A stretch of 38,792 nt of DNA from an uncultured Candidatus Saccharibacteria bacterium (GCA_964614265.1 CAZTKT010000002.1:1-38792), one strand, 5' to 3'. Shown: positions 7,419 through 17,993, counted from the first letter of the stretch. A program made the numbers and translations. Notes: generated by a model from the sequence alone, not told the origin.

Positions 7419-8360
7419 ATGGCCTCAATCAAATCAATCAGACAGAGAATAAAGGGTGCGCAGAATACCGCAAAGATCACCAAGGCGATGGAGGTGGTGT
7501 CGGCGACAAAGATGCGTAGGTCGCAACAGTTTGCACTGCGCGCGCGACCGTATGCGGTCGTGGCGCTCGAGATGCTTCATAATATTCTCACCCGCACCGC
7601 CCACGGTGAAGAGGTACCGGTGCATCCGCTTTTTGCAGATCGTACTATTTCTTCTCGGGCATTAGTGGTAGTGAGTGCAGACAAGGGTCTCGCTGGTGCC
7701 ATCAACACAAACATTCTAAAAAAAGCTGATGCGTGGATCGCTGGCCATGGTGATCTGCCGTTTACCCTCATTACGGTGGGGAAGAAGGCGAAAGAGTATT
7801 TTGAACGGCGAGGGGTGCCGATTAGGCATGCATTCTTTGGGTTTGGGGATTATAGTATGCAAGCACAGACGCGTCCAGTTGCGGAGGTTTTGATCAATGG
7901 GTTTCTTGAGGGGTCGTGGGATTCGGTTGAAGTGATCTATACCAATTTTCGCACCTCACTACTTCAGGAGAGTGTACTGCGGTCCCTTCTGCCGGCTCGA
8001 GAGACTGGACTTATTGAAGCAGTACGGGGTATCATGCCAGAGGCCGGTCGATTTGCCGCTTCGCCTATGGTCGCGACATCGGTGAATCCCTATCGATACG
8101 AATATCTGATAGAGCCATCCCCAGAAGAGGTACTGTCGGTATTGGTGCCACAATTGGTTACCTTGCAGGTGCATCACATGATCCTCGAGTCAAATGCCTC
8201 AGAGCACTCCGCACGGATGGTCGCGATGAAGAGTGCGTCCGACAACGCACAGGAGCTGATCACCGATTTTACGCGCCTGTATAATCAGGTGCGTCAGGCC
8301 GGCATCACTCGCGAAATCGCCGAGATTAGCGCTGGCGCAGAGGCGTTACAGGAAGTATAA
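7419..8360 (+). CDS. atpG: F1 ATP synthase subunit gamma
   Basis: N-terminus MASIKSIRQRIKGAQNTAKITKAMEVVSATKMRR and C-terminus ITREIAEISAGAEAL are the conserved gamma helices. Confidence 0.93.
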   Translation: MASIKSIRQRIKGAQNTAKITKAMEVVSATKMRRSQQFALRARPYAVVALEMLHNILTRTAHGEEVPVHPLFADRTISSRALVVVSADKGLAGAINTNILKKADAWIAGHGDLPFTLITVGKKAKEYFERRGVPIRHAFFGFGDYSMQAQTRPVAEVLINGFLEGSWDSVEVIYTNFRTSLLQESVLRSLLPARETGLIEAVRGIMPEAGRFAASPMVATSVNPYRYEYLIEPSPEEVLSVLVPQLVTLQVHHMILESNASEHSARMVAMKSASDNAQELITDFTRLYNQVRQAGITREIAEISAGAEALQEV

Positions 8361-8416
8361 TCACACCCGTGATAGTAAACAGTGTGGAGCATTAAATACA
8401 TAATATAAAATCATCT

Positions 8417-8764
8417 ATGGGTATCGAACAGAGTAGTTCCAACAGAAGTGAGGGTCGCTTGTCAAGCCAACAGGAGATTGCAACTAAAATGTCCAATTTA
8501 AGACAGTCAGCACTGTTTGATGAAAAAAAACCAGATCATGTTCTTATTGAGGTAAATGCTGTTTGCACAGAGATGGTGCAATACCTTGAGACCGGCAATC
8601 TTGAAAGAGTTATCAATTTTTTTGATAAAAATAATCCAGGACATGAAGTCGAGGCGCAGTTCAATGGGGTGGGGGGAAGACCTGCATTCGTAAAGATCTT
8701 AACAGAGATAGGGGTTTCTGTTCCTAATTTTTCAAATATTCCTGATGTTTCAAAGGTGGCATAA
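8417..8764 (+). CDS. Hypothetical protein (115 aa) inserted between atpG and atpD
   Basis: ORF with visibly lower G+C than its neighbours. TATAAA lies 7 nt upstream of the ATG. No family recognised. Confidence 0.5.
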   Translation: MGIEQSSSNRSEGRLSSQQEIATKMSNLRQSALFDEKKPDHVLIEVNAVCTEMVQYLETGNLERVINFFDKNNPGHEVEAQFNGVGGRPAFVKILTEIGVSVPNFSNIPDVSKVA

Positions 8765-8771
8765 TCGATAG

Positions 8772-10148
<1,377 letters not shown>

Positions 10149-10232
10149 CGTAAGAAGCAGTAGTAGACGTTTTAAACCAGGCGTGTATGTTACCAGAAAA
10201 AAAATCAAAAGTATTTTTTTTCGAAAATTCTT

Positions 10233-10466
10233 GTGGGGGTAATTGGTTGTGGAATCGGTTATTATGCCGGGCGTTTTTTGGGTGTGGGGTGGTTGGGATA
10301 CCTATTCATTTTTGCTGTGGGGACAGCGGTTCTTGCTTGGGTGATCAAATTGATCTTTAAACTGGATGCGTTCCTAGAGCATATTATCGCCAGCATTATC
10401 TGGGGATTTCTTTTAGGGCTGTTTTTTAATAAAAAAATACTTCCACTCTTACCCTGGACAATATAG
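10233..10466 (+). CDS. Small hydrophobic membrane protein (77 aa, GTG start)
   Basis: Two or three hydrophobic helices by eye. There is a weak resemblance to AtpZ/AtpI-type small atp-operon proteins (GIGYYAGRFLG...), but this is not established. Confidence 0.4.
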   Translation: MGVIGCGIGYYAGRFLGVGWLGYLFIFAVGTAVLAWVIKLIFKLDAFLEHIIASIIWGFLLGLFFNKKILPLLPWTI

Positions 10467-10616
10467 ATGTTCTGCAACAAGCTATCCGTTAAGCAACGGA
10501 AACAAAGGCCCTATTTTTGCTAAATTTCAGGTTTATGAGATACGGAATGACGTATTGACATTGGTGTATAGTGGGAGTACAAAAGTATTACTTCGGAGAG
10601 GCATATAATAATATCT

Positions 10617-11051
10617 ATGAATGAAAATATACCATTTGGATCTATTGGTCATAACAAAGAGGGTTCTTCATCTCCGCAAGAAACATATATACAAGATCTG
10701 AAATTAGGAGGAGTGGCAGGGCAACTCGAGGAAATTTTTCAGAGCGGTCAGGAATCTGAAGCGCTCAAGAAGTTTCCAGATTTGGCTTTTGACGTAGATA
10801 AGCTCATGGAAATTATAAAAAATGCGGACGGAACACCACTGCTTCTCTCAGAACTGATCAAAGCACTGCGTATCTGGGCGAAGGAAGAACGTCTCAGCGG
10901 ACAGGCTGATGCTGAACGTGGGGGACGTCAGTATGAGGAGGAATACAGGATTCATTGGGATGCAACAATAGCGGCAGCGAAAAAAGATGGTTATAAAGTG
11001 GTTGCCCCTGCACACACTGATTCCGGTCTCTCGTTTCGCTTGAGGGATTAA
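10617..11051 (+). CDS. Hypothetical protein (144 aa) inserted between atpD and atpC
   Basis: ORF with TATAAT 7 nt upstream of the ATG. No family recognised. Confidence 0.5.
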   Translation: MNENIPFGSIGHNKEGSSSPQETYIQDLKLGGVAGQLEEIFQSGQESEALKKFPDLAFDVDKLMEIIKNADGTPLLLSELIKALRIWAKEERLSGQADAERGGRQYEEEYRIHWDATIAAAKKDGYKVVAPAHTDSGLSFRLRD

Positions 11052-11069
11052 TTGTATTATGCTACATCT

Positions 11070-11318
11070 ATGAAAATCGCTGTCTATTCAATTGCTGAGA
11101 GCCTTTTTGAGGGAGAAGCCGATGCACTGGTTGCACAAACATCCGCTGGCCAAATCACCGTCCTTAACGAACATGTGCCACTGATCACGACCATTAGGGG
11201 TCCGTTTCTCTCCATCATGCGCAACGGCGCAGAGCCTGTGCGCGTCGCTCTTTCTAATGGTGTCCTCGAAGTACGCCCCCAGAGCGAGGTTGTGGCGTTG
11301 GTGGAGGGTGTTTCGTAA
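11070..11318 (+). CDS. atpC: F1 ATP synthase subunit epsilon, beta-sandwich domain only (82 aa)
   Basis: The sequence MKIAVYSIAESLFEGEADALVAQTSAGQITVLNEHVPLIT matches the epsilon N-terminal domain. The ORF stops where the C-terminal helical hairpin would begin. The ATG at 11070 is preferred over the track's start at 11052. Confidence 0.8.
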   Translation: MKIAVYSIAESLFEGEADALVAQTSAGQITVLNEHVPLITTIRGPFLSIMRNGAEPVRVALSNGVLEVRPQSEVVALVEGVS

Positions 11319-11406
11319 CCGTTTGTTTGCATAAAAACGTTGTGCCGTGGTAGTATCACTCGGGTCTTGTAACAGGCTGTCAATGATGGTCCAGGGAGAA
11401 AACAAT

Positions 11407-12162
11407 ATGAATCTAGAACAAATACGCACATTTGTTGAGGAATGTGGTTATCCGATAACAGAAGGGGACACCCGTTCTTGTTGTGTGGATGGCCGTGTGA
11501 CCGAGAGCGATGCGAAGACTCCTGCCGCTCGACCCGGTGGTAACGCGGGGGACTCGATGACAGCGATTGGGGCTTTGCGTAGACTTGAAGTGGCAGACAT
11601 CCACAGTTTGTACAGAAAGGTGTTTGACACTAGTGTTCGTGTCGGTGGTGGACCAAAGCAGGTTTGGTTCCATACAGACACGCATGCGCCGAACGCAGGA
11701 GAGCCGGAAGAGATCATTGCTCGGGGCTGTGGTCATCTGAGGCATGCAGGGAATGATCCAGAGGCATATGGTCTCGTACATGAAGACATGACGGCAATCT
11801 TTGCATATTTGGTCTCGCTCCGGGAGCAAGGTGCGACAGAAGTGGTCTTACAGGGAGATCACGCGGAAAGTGCCGTGTTGGTAGTCGACTCCGACACCAT
11901 CGGGGTTCGTCATGGGGACGACACAGGTCAACAGGCTTTCGTCTATCATGCACGCCTTGATGAGATATTTCTCACGTCACTCGCCGTCGCGCTCGCAGAG
12001 ATTCCTGAAATCCAATACCTGGGAGTAGAAACGGTTTTGCATGCTCTGATTCAGGTGTCAAAACAGCAACGAGACGAGACATTGTCTCGTCTCGCAAAGG
12101 GCTCCCCAATCTACTCTGTGGCTAATGACGGAGTGGTCACTCATATCGGTGATGTGCCATAG
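11407..12162 (+). CDS. Hypothetical protein (251 aa)
   Basis: Long ORF. GGGAG lies upstream of the ATG at 11407 (the track's start, 11347, is probably too early). No family recognised. Confidence 0.6.
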   Translation: MNLEQIRTFVEECGYPITEGDTRSCCVDGRVTESDAKTPAARPGGNAGDSMTAIGALRRLEVADIHSLYRKVFDTSVRVGGGPKQVWFHTDTHAPNAGEPEEIIARGCGHLRHAGNDPEAYGLVHEDMTAIFAYLVSLREQGATEVVLQGDHAESAVLVVDSDTIGVRHGDDTGQQAFVYHARLDEIFLTSLAVALAEIPEIQYLGVETVLHALIQVSKQQRDETLSRLAKGSPIYSVANDGVVTHIGDVP

Positions 12163-12193
12163 GCGATCTCCTCGATTATGATACTGTCCTATC

Positions 12194-12226
12194 GCCTCCG
12201 CTTTGTATATGCGGGGGCTTTATTTT
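12194..12226 (+). terminator. Rho-independent terminator
   Basis: Stem gcctccgc / gcgggggc (one G-U pair), 9-nt loop, followed by TTTATTTT. Confidence 0.65.
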
Positions 12227-12247
12227 ATCCAAGGAGTGATCTCAATT

Positions 12248-12284
12248 AAAAAATCGGGCACTCCCCAACAGTGGAGTGCCCGAT
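12248..12284 (-). terminator. Rho-independent terminator for the minus-strand ORF 12300..12560
   Basis: 12-bp stem atcgggcactcc / ggagtgcccgat, followed on the minus strand by TTTTT. Confidence 0.65.
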
Positions 12285-12299
12285 GACGACCCGTGCACT

Positions 12300-12560
12300 C
12301 TAATGGAGAGTTGGGTTTGTTCCAAGTTTTTCTATATCCCTTGCGAGAAAACGAAATCCAGCAACGTAGCGCCAACCCGGGCACTGGTCGCAGGGTTGGT
12401 TGTCGTGGATGTGAACTTCAGTCACAGTCCACACATATACGGTGGCAATAATGTCTGCGCCCACCGGCGAATCAAGGGAAACCCACAGCTGATCGCTTGA
12501 TACCAAGATGCGTCTATGTTTTGTACAGATGAAGATATGTGCGTGCCATTCCTGTTCCAT
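12300..12560 (-). CDS. Hypothetical protein (86 aa)
   Basis: ORF preceded by a strong SD (GGGAGAGG) and followed by a terminator hairpin. No family recognised. Confidence 0.55.
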   Translation of the reverse strand: MEQEWHAHIFICTKHRRILVSSDQLWVSLDSPVGADIIATVYVWTVTEVHIHDNQPCDQCPGWRYVAGFRFLARDIEKLGTNPTLH

Positions 12561-12674
12561 GCGCCTCTCCCTTTCTGCAGAGAATATCTCGGTGTGAAAA
12601 ATGGGACGCTACTATGAACTGTCTCTATAGATCGTACAGGTATATCAGGGAATAGGGAAGCGAGAGGGGCACTG

Positions 12675-13601
12675 TTACTTCGTATGGAGCGTCACATAGA
12701 TATCTTCAATTGCTTTGACAGCATCACCGGCGGAGATGTTGTTTTGGTGGTATTTAATATTGGTACAATCACCGGCGGCCCAAATGCCCGGGACAGAGGT
12801 TTGCTGTGTCCACGGATCAATCTCGATGCGTTTATACGCATCAGTCTTGACGAGCTCGTGTACGAAGTCAGTGTTTGGCACCAGACCAATTTCAACAAAG
12901 ATACCAGTCACCGCAAGCACTTTTTCTTCAGAGGTCGTGGTGTCTTTGTATCGAATGCCGGAAACAAATGTATCGCCAATAACCTCGATTGGTTCTGCAT
13001 TCAGGATGCTGTGCATATGTGGATGTGCAAGTACCTTCTCCACGGTTATTGGATCAGCTTTTGAGAAGCTACTGCTATGGTGGAGGAGTGTCACGCTTTT
13101 TGTATACGCCAGAAGCTGCGCGGCGGTCTCAAAGCCCGCATTACCCCCACCGATCACCACAACATCTTGATCAGAAAAGAGCGGACCATCGCATGACGCG
13201 CAGTAGGTGAGTCCTTTTTGATCAAACGTGTCTGCGCCTTTGACGGTGAGCTTTCTGCGTGTGGATCCGGAAGTGATGAGTATCGTCTTGGTACTGCGTA
13301 TTTCGCCATTCTCGAGGGTGACAGAAAATCCCTCGTCGGATTTTTCAATATGTGAGACGAGCGTATTTTTGGTGATGGTAAGGACGTCGCCCGCGTATGC
13401 CTCGAGGTGTGTTTTGAGTGCGGTGGCAAAATCTTCTCCATGTATAGAAACGGTGCCGACCCAATTTTGTATGTCACTTGAGACAACGCTTTGTCCACCC
13501 CATTCTTTTGTGATGAGTTCGGTCTTAAGACGCTTCCGTGCGGCATAGATACCTGCGGCAACTCCGCCTGGGCCACCGCCGATGATGATGAGGTCTAACA
13601 T
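12675..13601 (-). CDS. trxB: Thioredoxin-disulfide reductase
   Basis: FAD motif IIGGGPGG, redox-active CASCDG, NADPH motif VIGGGNAGFETA, and C-terminal GIWAAGDCT. Confidence 0.9.
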   Translation of the reverse strand: MLDLIIIGGGPGGVAAGIYAARKRLKTELITKEWGGQSVVSSDIQNWVGTVSIHGEDFATALKTHLEAYAGDVLTITKNTLVSHIEKSDEGFSVTLENGEIRSTKTILITSGSTRRKLTVKGADTFDQKGLTYCASCDGPLFSDQDVVVIGGGNAGFETAAQLLAYTKSVTLLHHSSSFSKADPITVEKVLAHPHMHSILNAEPIEVIGDTFVSGIRYKDTTTSEEKVLAVTGIFVEIGLVPNTDFVHELVKTDAYKRIEIDPWTQQTSVPGIWAAGDCTNIKYHQNNISAGDAVKAIEDIYVTLHTK

Positions 13602-13680
13602 ACTAATTCAAAAAATAATAATCAGTTTCGTCTTTTCCGAAACACAATTCAAAGTCTTTTACAATTCCATGCAAAGTTCC

Positions 13681-13899
13681 TTATGCCAAAGCAGGCAAGG
13701 CAAAGTTGACCATGATAGGAACATTGCGCGCTTCAGTTTTTTCTTCGCCAAAATGACACTCAACCGCCTCTGTAATGTTTGCAACTGTCTCGTCAAGTGT
13801 GTCTCCTTCCGTGTGTATGGAATAGCCCACCGTTTCCGCAGTGTATCCACCTTCTGGATCAGTCTGTATCGTACATTGTAACACCCGTGCCATTTTCAT
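13681..13899 (-). CDS. HicB-like (UPF0150) antitoxin-fold protein, no adjacent HicA
   Basis: 72 aa. The segment QTDPEGGYTAETVGYSIHTEGDTLDETVANITEAVECHF matches the HicB N-terminal domain pattern. Confidence 0.6.
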   Translation of the reverse strand: MKMARVLQCTIQTDPEGGYTAETVGYSIHTEGDTLDETVANITEAVECHFGEEKTEARNVPIMVNFALPALA

Positions 13900-14079
13900 G
13901 ATCGCTTCTTATACTATATCATGCGCAACTCATACTCATAGAAGAAGGGTGCGTGAGTGCATGTCCGGGTATTTACTGTTTCACAGAAGGTAGCAAGCTT
14001 ACTATGAATTTTTTCTGTCTCTCGATCTGATCTAAGTGAGCAAATGTGCTACGCGCTCCACAATTTATAAAGAGCGCTA

Positions 14080-15264
14080 CTACTTCAACTTCGACCGTCG
14101 TAGAAACGCAGGTACGGCGCCCCAGTCGTCATCATCATCGTCGGCTGGCTTTGGGTCGACCTTCTTTTCTTCTTTTGGTGGGGGAGTTTCTTCAGTTGCA
14201 CGAGAAGGAATTCCGAGTGAATTAAAGATACGGCCACGAACTGGTTCTTCGTCAACAGGTTCTTCCCGGCGCCCGAGCTCCTTGGCGACAAAACCACTGG
14301 TTGTACCCACCTCAGGGAATCCAGTCGCGATGACGGTGATTTTCACCTCGTTCTTTTTCAATTTTTCATCACGGACGGCACCAAAGATAACTTTTGCATG
14401 AGGATCAATAGACTCGGTAATTGCTCTTGCGGCATCTTGAATTTCGAGCATACCAAGATCATCGTTACCAGCGATCGCAAAGAGGACGCCCTTTGCGCCG
14501 GTAATCGATACTTCAAGGAGTGGGGAGTTGATTGCCGCATGGGCCGCTTCCTCTGCTCGTTTTTCGCCCGACGCGACACCGACGCCCATCAGTGCTGACC
14601 CGGCATTTTCCATGATTGAACGGATATCAGCAAAGTCGACATTGATGATGCCTGGCATGGTAATGAGGTCGGAGATCCCTTCCACTGCCTGTTTGAGGAC
14701 GTCGTCACACATAGCAAAGGCGCTCTTAACAGTAGTCTCTTTGCTCACGACCGCGAGTAATCGATCGTTTGGAATGGTGATGAGCGCATCCACTTCTTTC
14801 TTGAGTTCTTCAATCCCCTGGAGTGCGAGACGCATGCGCTCCTGTCCTTCAAAAGAAAATGGTTTGGTGACGACGCCGACGGTAAGTGCGCCACTTTCAC
14901 GAGCGATTTTTGCGATCACTGGTGCGGCACCAGTACCAGTACCACCACCCATCCCGCAGGTGATGAAGATCATGTCAGATCCTTTTAGAGCGTTCACAAT
15001 TTCTTCTCGGGTTTCATCAGCAGCACGTCGGCCAGTATCAGGATTACCGCCGGCACCAAGACCCCGGGTGAGATTTTTGCCGATGTGGATTTTTTTCTTT
15101 GCAAGAGAGTGATGGAGATCTTGCGCATCGCTGTTGACGGCGATGAATTCTACACCCTGCACCTTTGTTGCAATCATATGATTGACTGCATTCTTGCCAG
15201 AACCGCCTGCGCCGACGACACGGATACGTGCAAACGATTCAACATTTGATGTTACTTGTTCCAT
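14080..15264 (-). CDS. ftsZ: Cell division GTPase FtsZ
   Basis: GGGTGTGAAPV tubulin signature, NTDAQ-like NSDAQDL, and an acidic C-terminal tail with a conserved peptide. The ATG at 15264 is preferred over 15297. Confidence 0.95.
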   Translation of the reverse strand: MEQVTSNVESFARIRVVGAGGSGKNAVNHMIATKVQGVEFIAVNSDAQDLHHSLAKKKIHIGKNLTRGLGAGGNPDTGRRAADETREEIVNALKGSDMIFITCGMGGGTGTGAAPVIAKIARESGALTVGVVTKPFSFEGQERMRLALQGIEELKKEVDALITIPNDRLLAVVSKETTVKSAFAMCDDVLKQAVEGISDLITMPGIINVDFADIRSIMENAGSALMGVGVASGEKRAEEAAHAAINSPLLEVSITGAKGVLFAIAGNDDLGMLEIQDAARAITESIDPHAKVIFGAVRDEKLKKNEVKITVIATGFPEVGTTSGFVAKELGRREEPVDEEPVRGRIFNSLGIPSRATEETPPPKEEKKVDPKPADDDDDDWGAVPAFLRRSKLK

Positions 15265-15451
15265 ACTGACATATATATAAAAACGGTGTCTCCCCACCGG
15301 CTACTAAACAACGTACCCACTATCATACAGGGATATACAAATCTGTCACACATTGACACTATTCTTCTTATAGGTGTTTGCCATATATGCAAATATATGT
15401 CGAAAAGGGAGCAAGTACCCTGGATGCAAAGAAGAGGTGAGGCGCGGTGAT

Positions 15452-16618
15452 CTACGGGAGAAATTGTTTGAACCAATTGAGAATGGAGTTTCCAGTTTTT
15501 CGTGCCATGCGGATCCCCGTATCTTCTTCTTGACCTCGTAATCCCCAAATACAAAGACCGTAGGCAACGGCGAACGAATTATCACGTACTTTGCTATTTT
15601 TTCCTCCGTCGATGACGGCAGTACGAGAGGGGAGGTGGAGTGTAGCCCGCGCCAAATCTTGCGTCGACAGCCCACCAGCTCCGCCACCGGTAAGAATAAT
15701 ACCTGCGGGGAGTAACCCATCACGTTTAATTTTTTTGAGGTGTGCACCAATGAGTTCAAATATATCAGCGAGTCGCGAGTCGACAATGTCGTCGAGTTTA
15801 CGCTTAGGATAGAGTGCAGTACCATGTCCACGTTTTATTTTTTCTGCCTCCTCTGGCGGTATCTTGAGACCGAGCGCAATGTCGTTGGTGATGTCGGTGG
15901 ATCCCACAGGGAATACTTTGAGCGAGATCGGCGTATGATTTTCAAAGACGACAATTGAGACGGTTTCTGCACCAATATTCGCAAGGACACACCCGGCACG
16001 ACGCTGGGCCTTTGTGAGTAGAGCAAGTGATCCTGCCAGTGGGGATGCCATCACATCATCCACAATGATTCCGGTACTCTCAATGGCACTCATAAGATCG
16101 TTGATGTGTTGTTCCAAGCAGGTGATGAAGAGGGTCTCAACGTCGAGTTTTGTACCCTTCATTCCGTGTGGTCGCCCCAATACTTTTTCATTATCCACAG
16201 AATATGAGAGTGGAATCGCATGAAGAATCTTACGGTTCGGTATCTTATCTTGGATGCGTTCTTCACTATCAGCCATTGCTTTCTCAATGTCTATTTGTGT
16301 TATCTCAGAATCAGCACGTGAGGTGATCACCTCACCATACGAGTGCATTTCATCAAGACCAATACCCCCAATCGAGAGATAGGCACGTTTCACTTCAACA
16401 CCGGCGGTTTTTTGGGCTTGCGTGACGGCGCTTCGGATGCTTTTGATAACGTCGCTTTCACTGACTACATACCCGTGGCGCATACCACGGGATTCGGTGA
16501 TACCCGTACCGATGATTTCTGGCAGTGCGCGTGAACTACTCGGTGATAATTGGCGTGCAATAACAACCTTCACCTGATAGGTGCCGACATCAATGCCTGT
16601 GATGATGTGATCCGCCAT
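15452..16618 (-). CDS. ftsA: Cell division protein FtsA
   Basis: Actin-fold motifs (IITGIDVGTYQVKVV, ILTGGGAG). It lies upstream of ftsZ. The ATG at 16618 is preferred over the TTG at 16642. Confidence 0.88.
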   Translation of the reverse strand: MADHIITGIDVGTYQVKVVIARQLSPSSSRALPEIIGTGITESRGMRHGYVVSESDVIKSIRSAVTQAQKTAGVEVKRAYLSIGGIGLDEMHSYGEVITSRADSEITQIDIEKAMADSEERIQDKIPNRKILHAIPLSYSVDNEKVLGRPHGMKGTKLDVETLFITCLEQHINDLMSAIESTGIIVDDVMASPLAGSLALLTKAQRRAGCVLANIGAETVSIVVFENHTPISLKVFPVGSTDITNDIALGLKIPPEEAEKIKRGHGTALYPKRKLDDIVDSRLADIFELIGAHLKKIKRDGLLPAGIILTGGGAGGLSTQDLARATLHLPSRTAVIDGGKNSKVRDNSFAVAYGLCIWGLRGQEEDTGIRMARKTGNSILNWFKQFLP

Positions 16619-16663
16619 GTGTTGGAAGAGAATTGTGTGCAAAAAAGCACGACAACTTTTTGT

Positions 16664-17077
16664 TCACACGAGATGGTACTGCGCGCAGTATTTTTTCTCG
16701 AGCCTCTCCATTGTATCCCCGTGTGACATTCCATCCAAATGGAGTAATCCGTGGATAAAGAGAAATCCGGTGTAGTGGCGCTCATCCATACCCCGTTCGC
16801 GTGCTTCTTTTTTGGCAATTGCGGGGGTGATATATATTTCTCCGTGTGTGTGATCGAGTGGAAATGACAAAATATTTGGGACGTAGGTTTTGTTGCGATG
16901 TGTTTTATTTAATATGCGTGCACGCTTCTCTCCGACAAACACCACAGACAGCATGTATGCTGTCCCAAGGATCGTGTCTTTTATTTTTTTATACGGGAGG
17001 ACGGGATATGTGTGTACGGTACTCCCAATAGAAAAAGAGGGGACAGGGGACGAAGATAGGTGCGTACGTCTACGCAT
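16664..17077 (-). CDS. ybeY: rRNA maturation endoribonuclease YbeY
   Basis: Zinc motif HGLLHLDGMSH, and NILSFP upstream of it. Confidence 0.85.
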   Translation of the reverse strand: MRRRTHLSSSPVPSFSIGSTVHTYPVLPYKKIKDTILGTAYMLSVVFVGEKRARILNKTHRNKTYVPNILSFPLDHTHGEIYITPAIAKKEARERGMDERHYTGFLFIHGLLHLDGMSHGDTMERLEKKYCAQYHLV

Positions 17078-17083
17078 AGCGTC

Positions 17084-17323
17084 TTAGCGTTGTCGTGGGT
17101 CTTGGATTTTTCCAAGTTTGAGCAGGGTTTCGTAAGTTTTTTGTCGTTTCAATCGGAGGAGTTTCGATTTTCGATGCACGTTCTCGGATTTATCACGCTT
17201 GAAATACCGAAGTGTACGGACCTTTTGTACGATACCAGCCCCTTGTATACGCTTTGTGAAGCGGCGCACAAGATTTGCCGTACTTTCCGCCTGGTTTTTC
17301 TCGACTTCTACGTTTATAGCCAT
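17084..17323 (-). CDS. rpsU: 30S ribosomal protein S21
   Basis: MAINVEVEKNQAESTANLVRRFTKRIQGAGIVQKVR..., a basic ~80-aa protein with the S21 pattern. The start was trimmed to the ATG at 17323. Confidence 0.8.
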   Translation of the reverse strand: MAINVEVEKNQAESTANLVRRFTKRIQGAGIVQKVRTLRYFKRDKSENVHRKSKLLRLKRQKTYETLLKLGKIQDPRQR

Positions 17324-17462
17324 AGTGCGCAGAGCATACCATGAGCTTTGTATCGGTGCAACAGCCGTGAGTGTGGTACATCCTTTGTGGTTAGGGGAGG
17401 GAAGTTCACGTATCCCCAACACCCCGCCGCACACAACGTGTGCGGCGGGGTATACTATACCT

Positions 17463-17993
17463 ATGGGATTTGTGACTCCAGAGATAGTCGCGACACACTT
17501 TCACCTCCGCGAAGGAGACAGCGTTGGTGATTTTGCGGCGGGGAGCGGTTTCTTTGAGCCGGTGCTTTCCCGTGCAGTAGGGAAGGGTGGAAAGGTGTAT
17601 GCGTTTGAGATTCAGAAAGCACTCGTCGAGCGCATCGCCGATGTTGCACATAAGGGTCACCTTGATAATACCGAAGTGATCTGGTGCGATCTCGAGATGA
17701 AGGGAGGGTGCAAGCTGGAGGACGGGGTACTTGATGCCGGTCTTGTCTCAAATGCACTCTTTCAGTTTGATGATAAGGTATTAGCCCTCACTGAGATCCG
17801 TCGTTTGTTGCGTATGGGAGGCAAACTCCTCGTCATCGATTGGAGTGATTCATTCGGCGGTATGGGTCCGCATCACAGTGCAGTACTTACCGAAGCACAG
17901 GCAAAAACACTCATTGAGCAACAGTCGTTTGCCTTCGAGCGATCCTTCCCCGCGGGGGAACATCATTACGGTATGGCATTCCGGGCAGTATAG
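17463..17993 (+). CDS. Class I SAM-dependent methyltransferase
   Basis: Motif I GDSVGDFAAGSGFF and the post-I acidic residue (VYAFE). The start was trimmed to the ATG at 17463, because the longer track ORF overlaps rpsU. Confidence 0.75.
   Translation: MGFVTPEIVATHFHLREGDSVGDFAAGSGFFEPVLSRAVGKGGKVYAFEIQKALVERIADVAHKGHLDNTEVIWCDLEMKGGCKLEDGVLDAGLVSNALFQFDDKVLALTEIRRLLRMGGKLLVIDWSDSFGGMGPHHSAVLTEAQAKTLIEQQSFAFERSFPAGEHHYGMAFRAV

Noticed and set aside
11407-12162. Possible beta-carbonic-anhydrase-like assignment for the 251-aa ORF, from the CVDGR and GCGH strings
   Set aside because: The spacing and context do not match the C-x-D-x-R / H-x-x-C signature arrangement as I recall it. It is kept as hypothetical.
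13900-14079. Search for a HicA toxin partner upstream of the HicB-like ORF
   Set aside because: Only very short stop-interrupted frames are present on the minus strand (for example MHSRTLLL-stop). No plausible toxin ORF was found.
14528-15112. 194-aa plus-strand ORF
   Set aside because: It is antisense to ftsZ, a shadow ORF.
17199-17462. Long N-terminal extension of the methyltransferase ORF (track start 17199)
   Set aside because: It overlaps rpsU on the opposite strand and has no methyltransferase sequence. The ATG at 17463 precedes the conserved fold.
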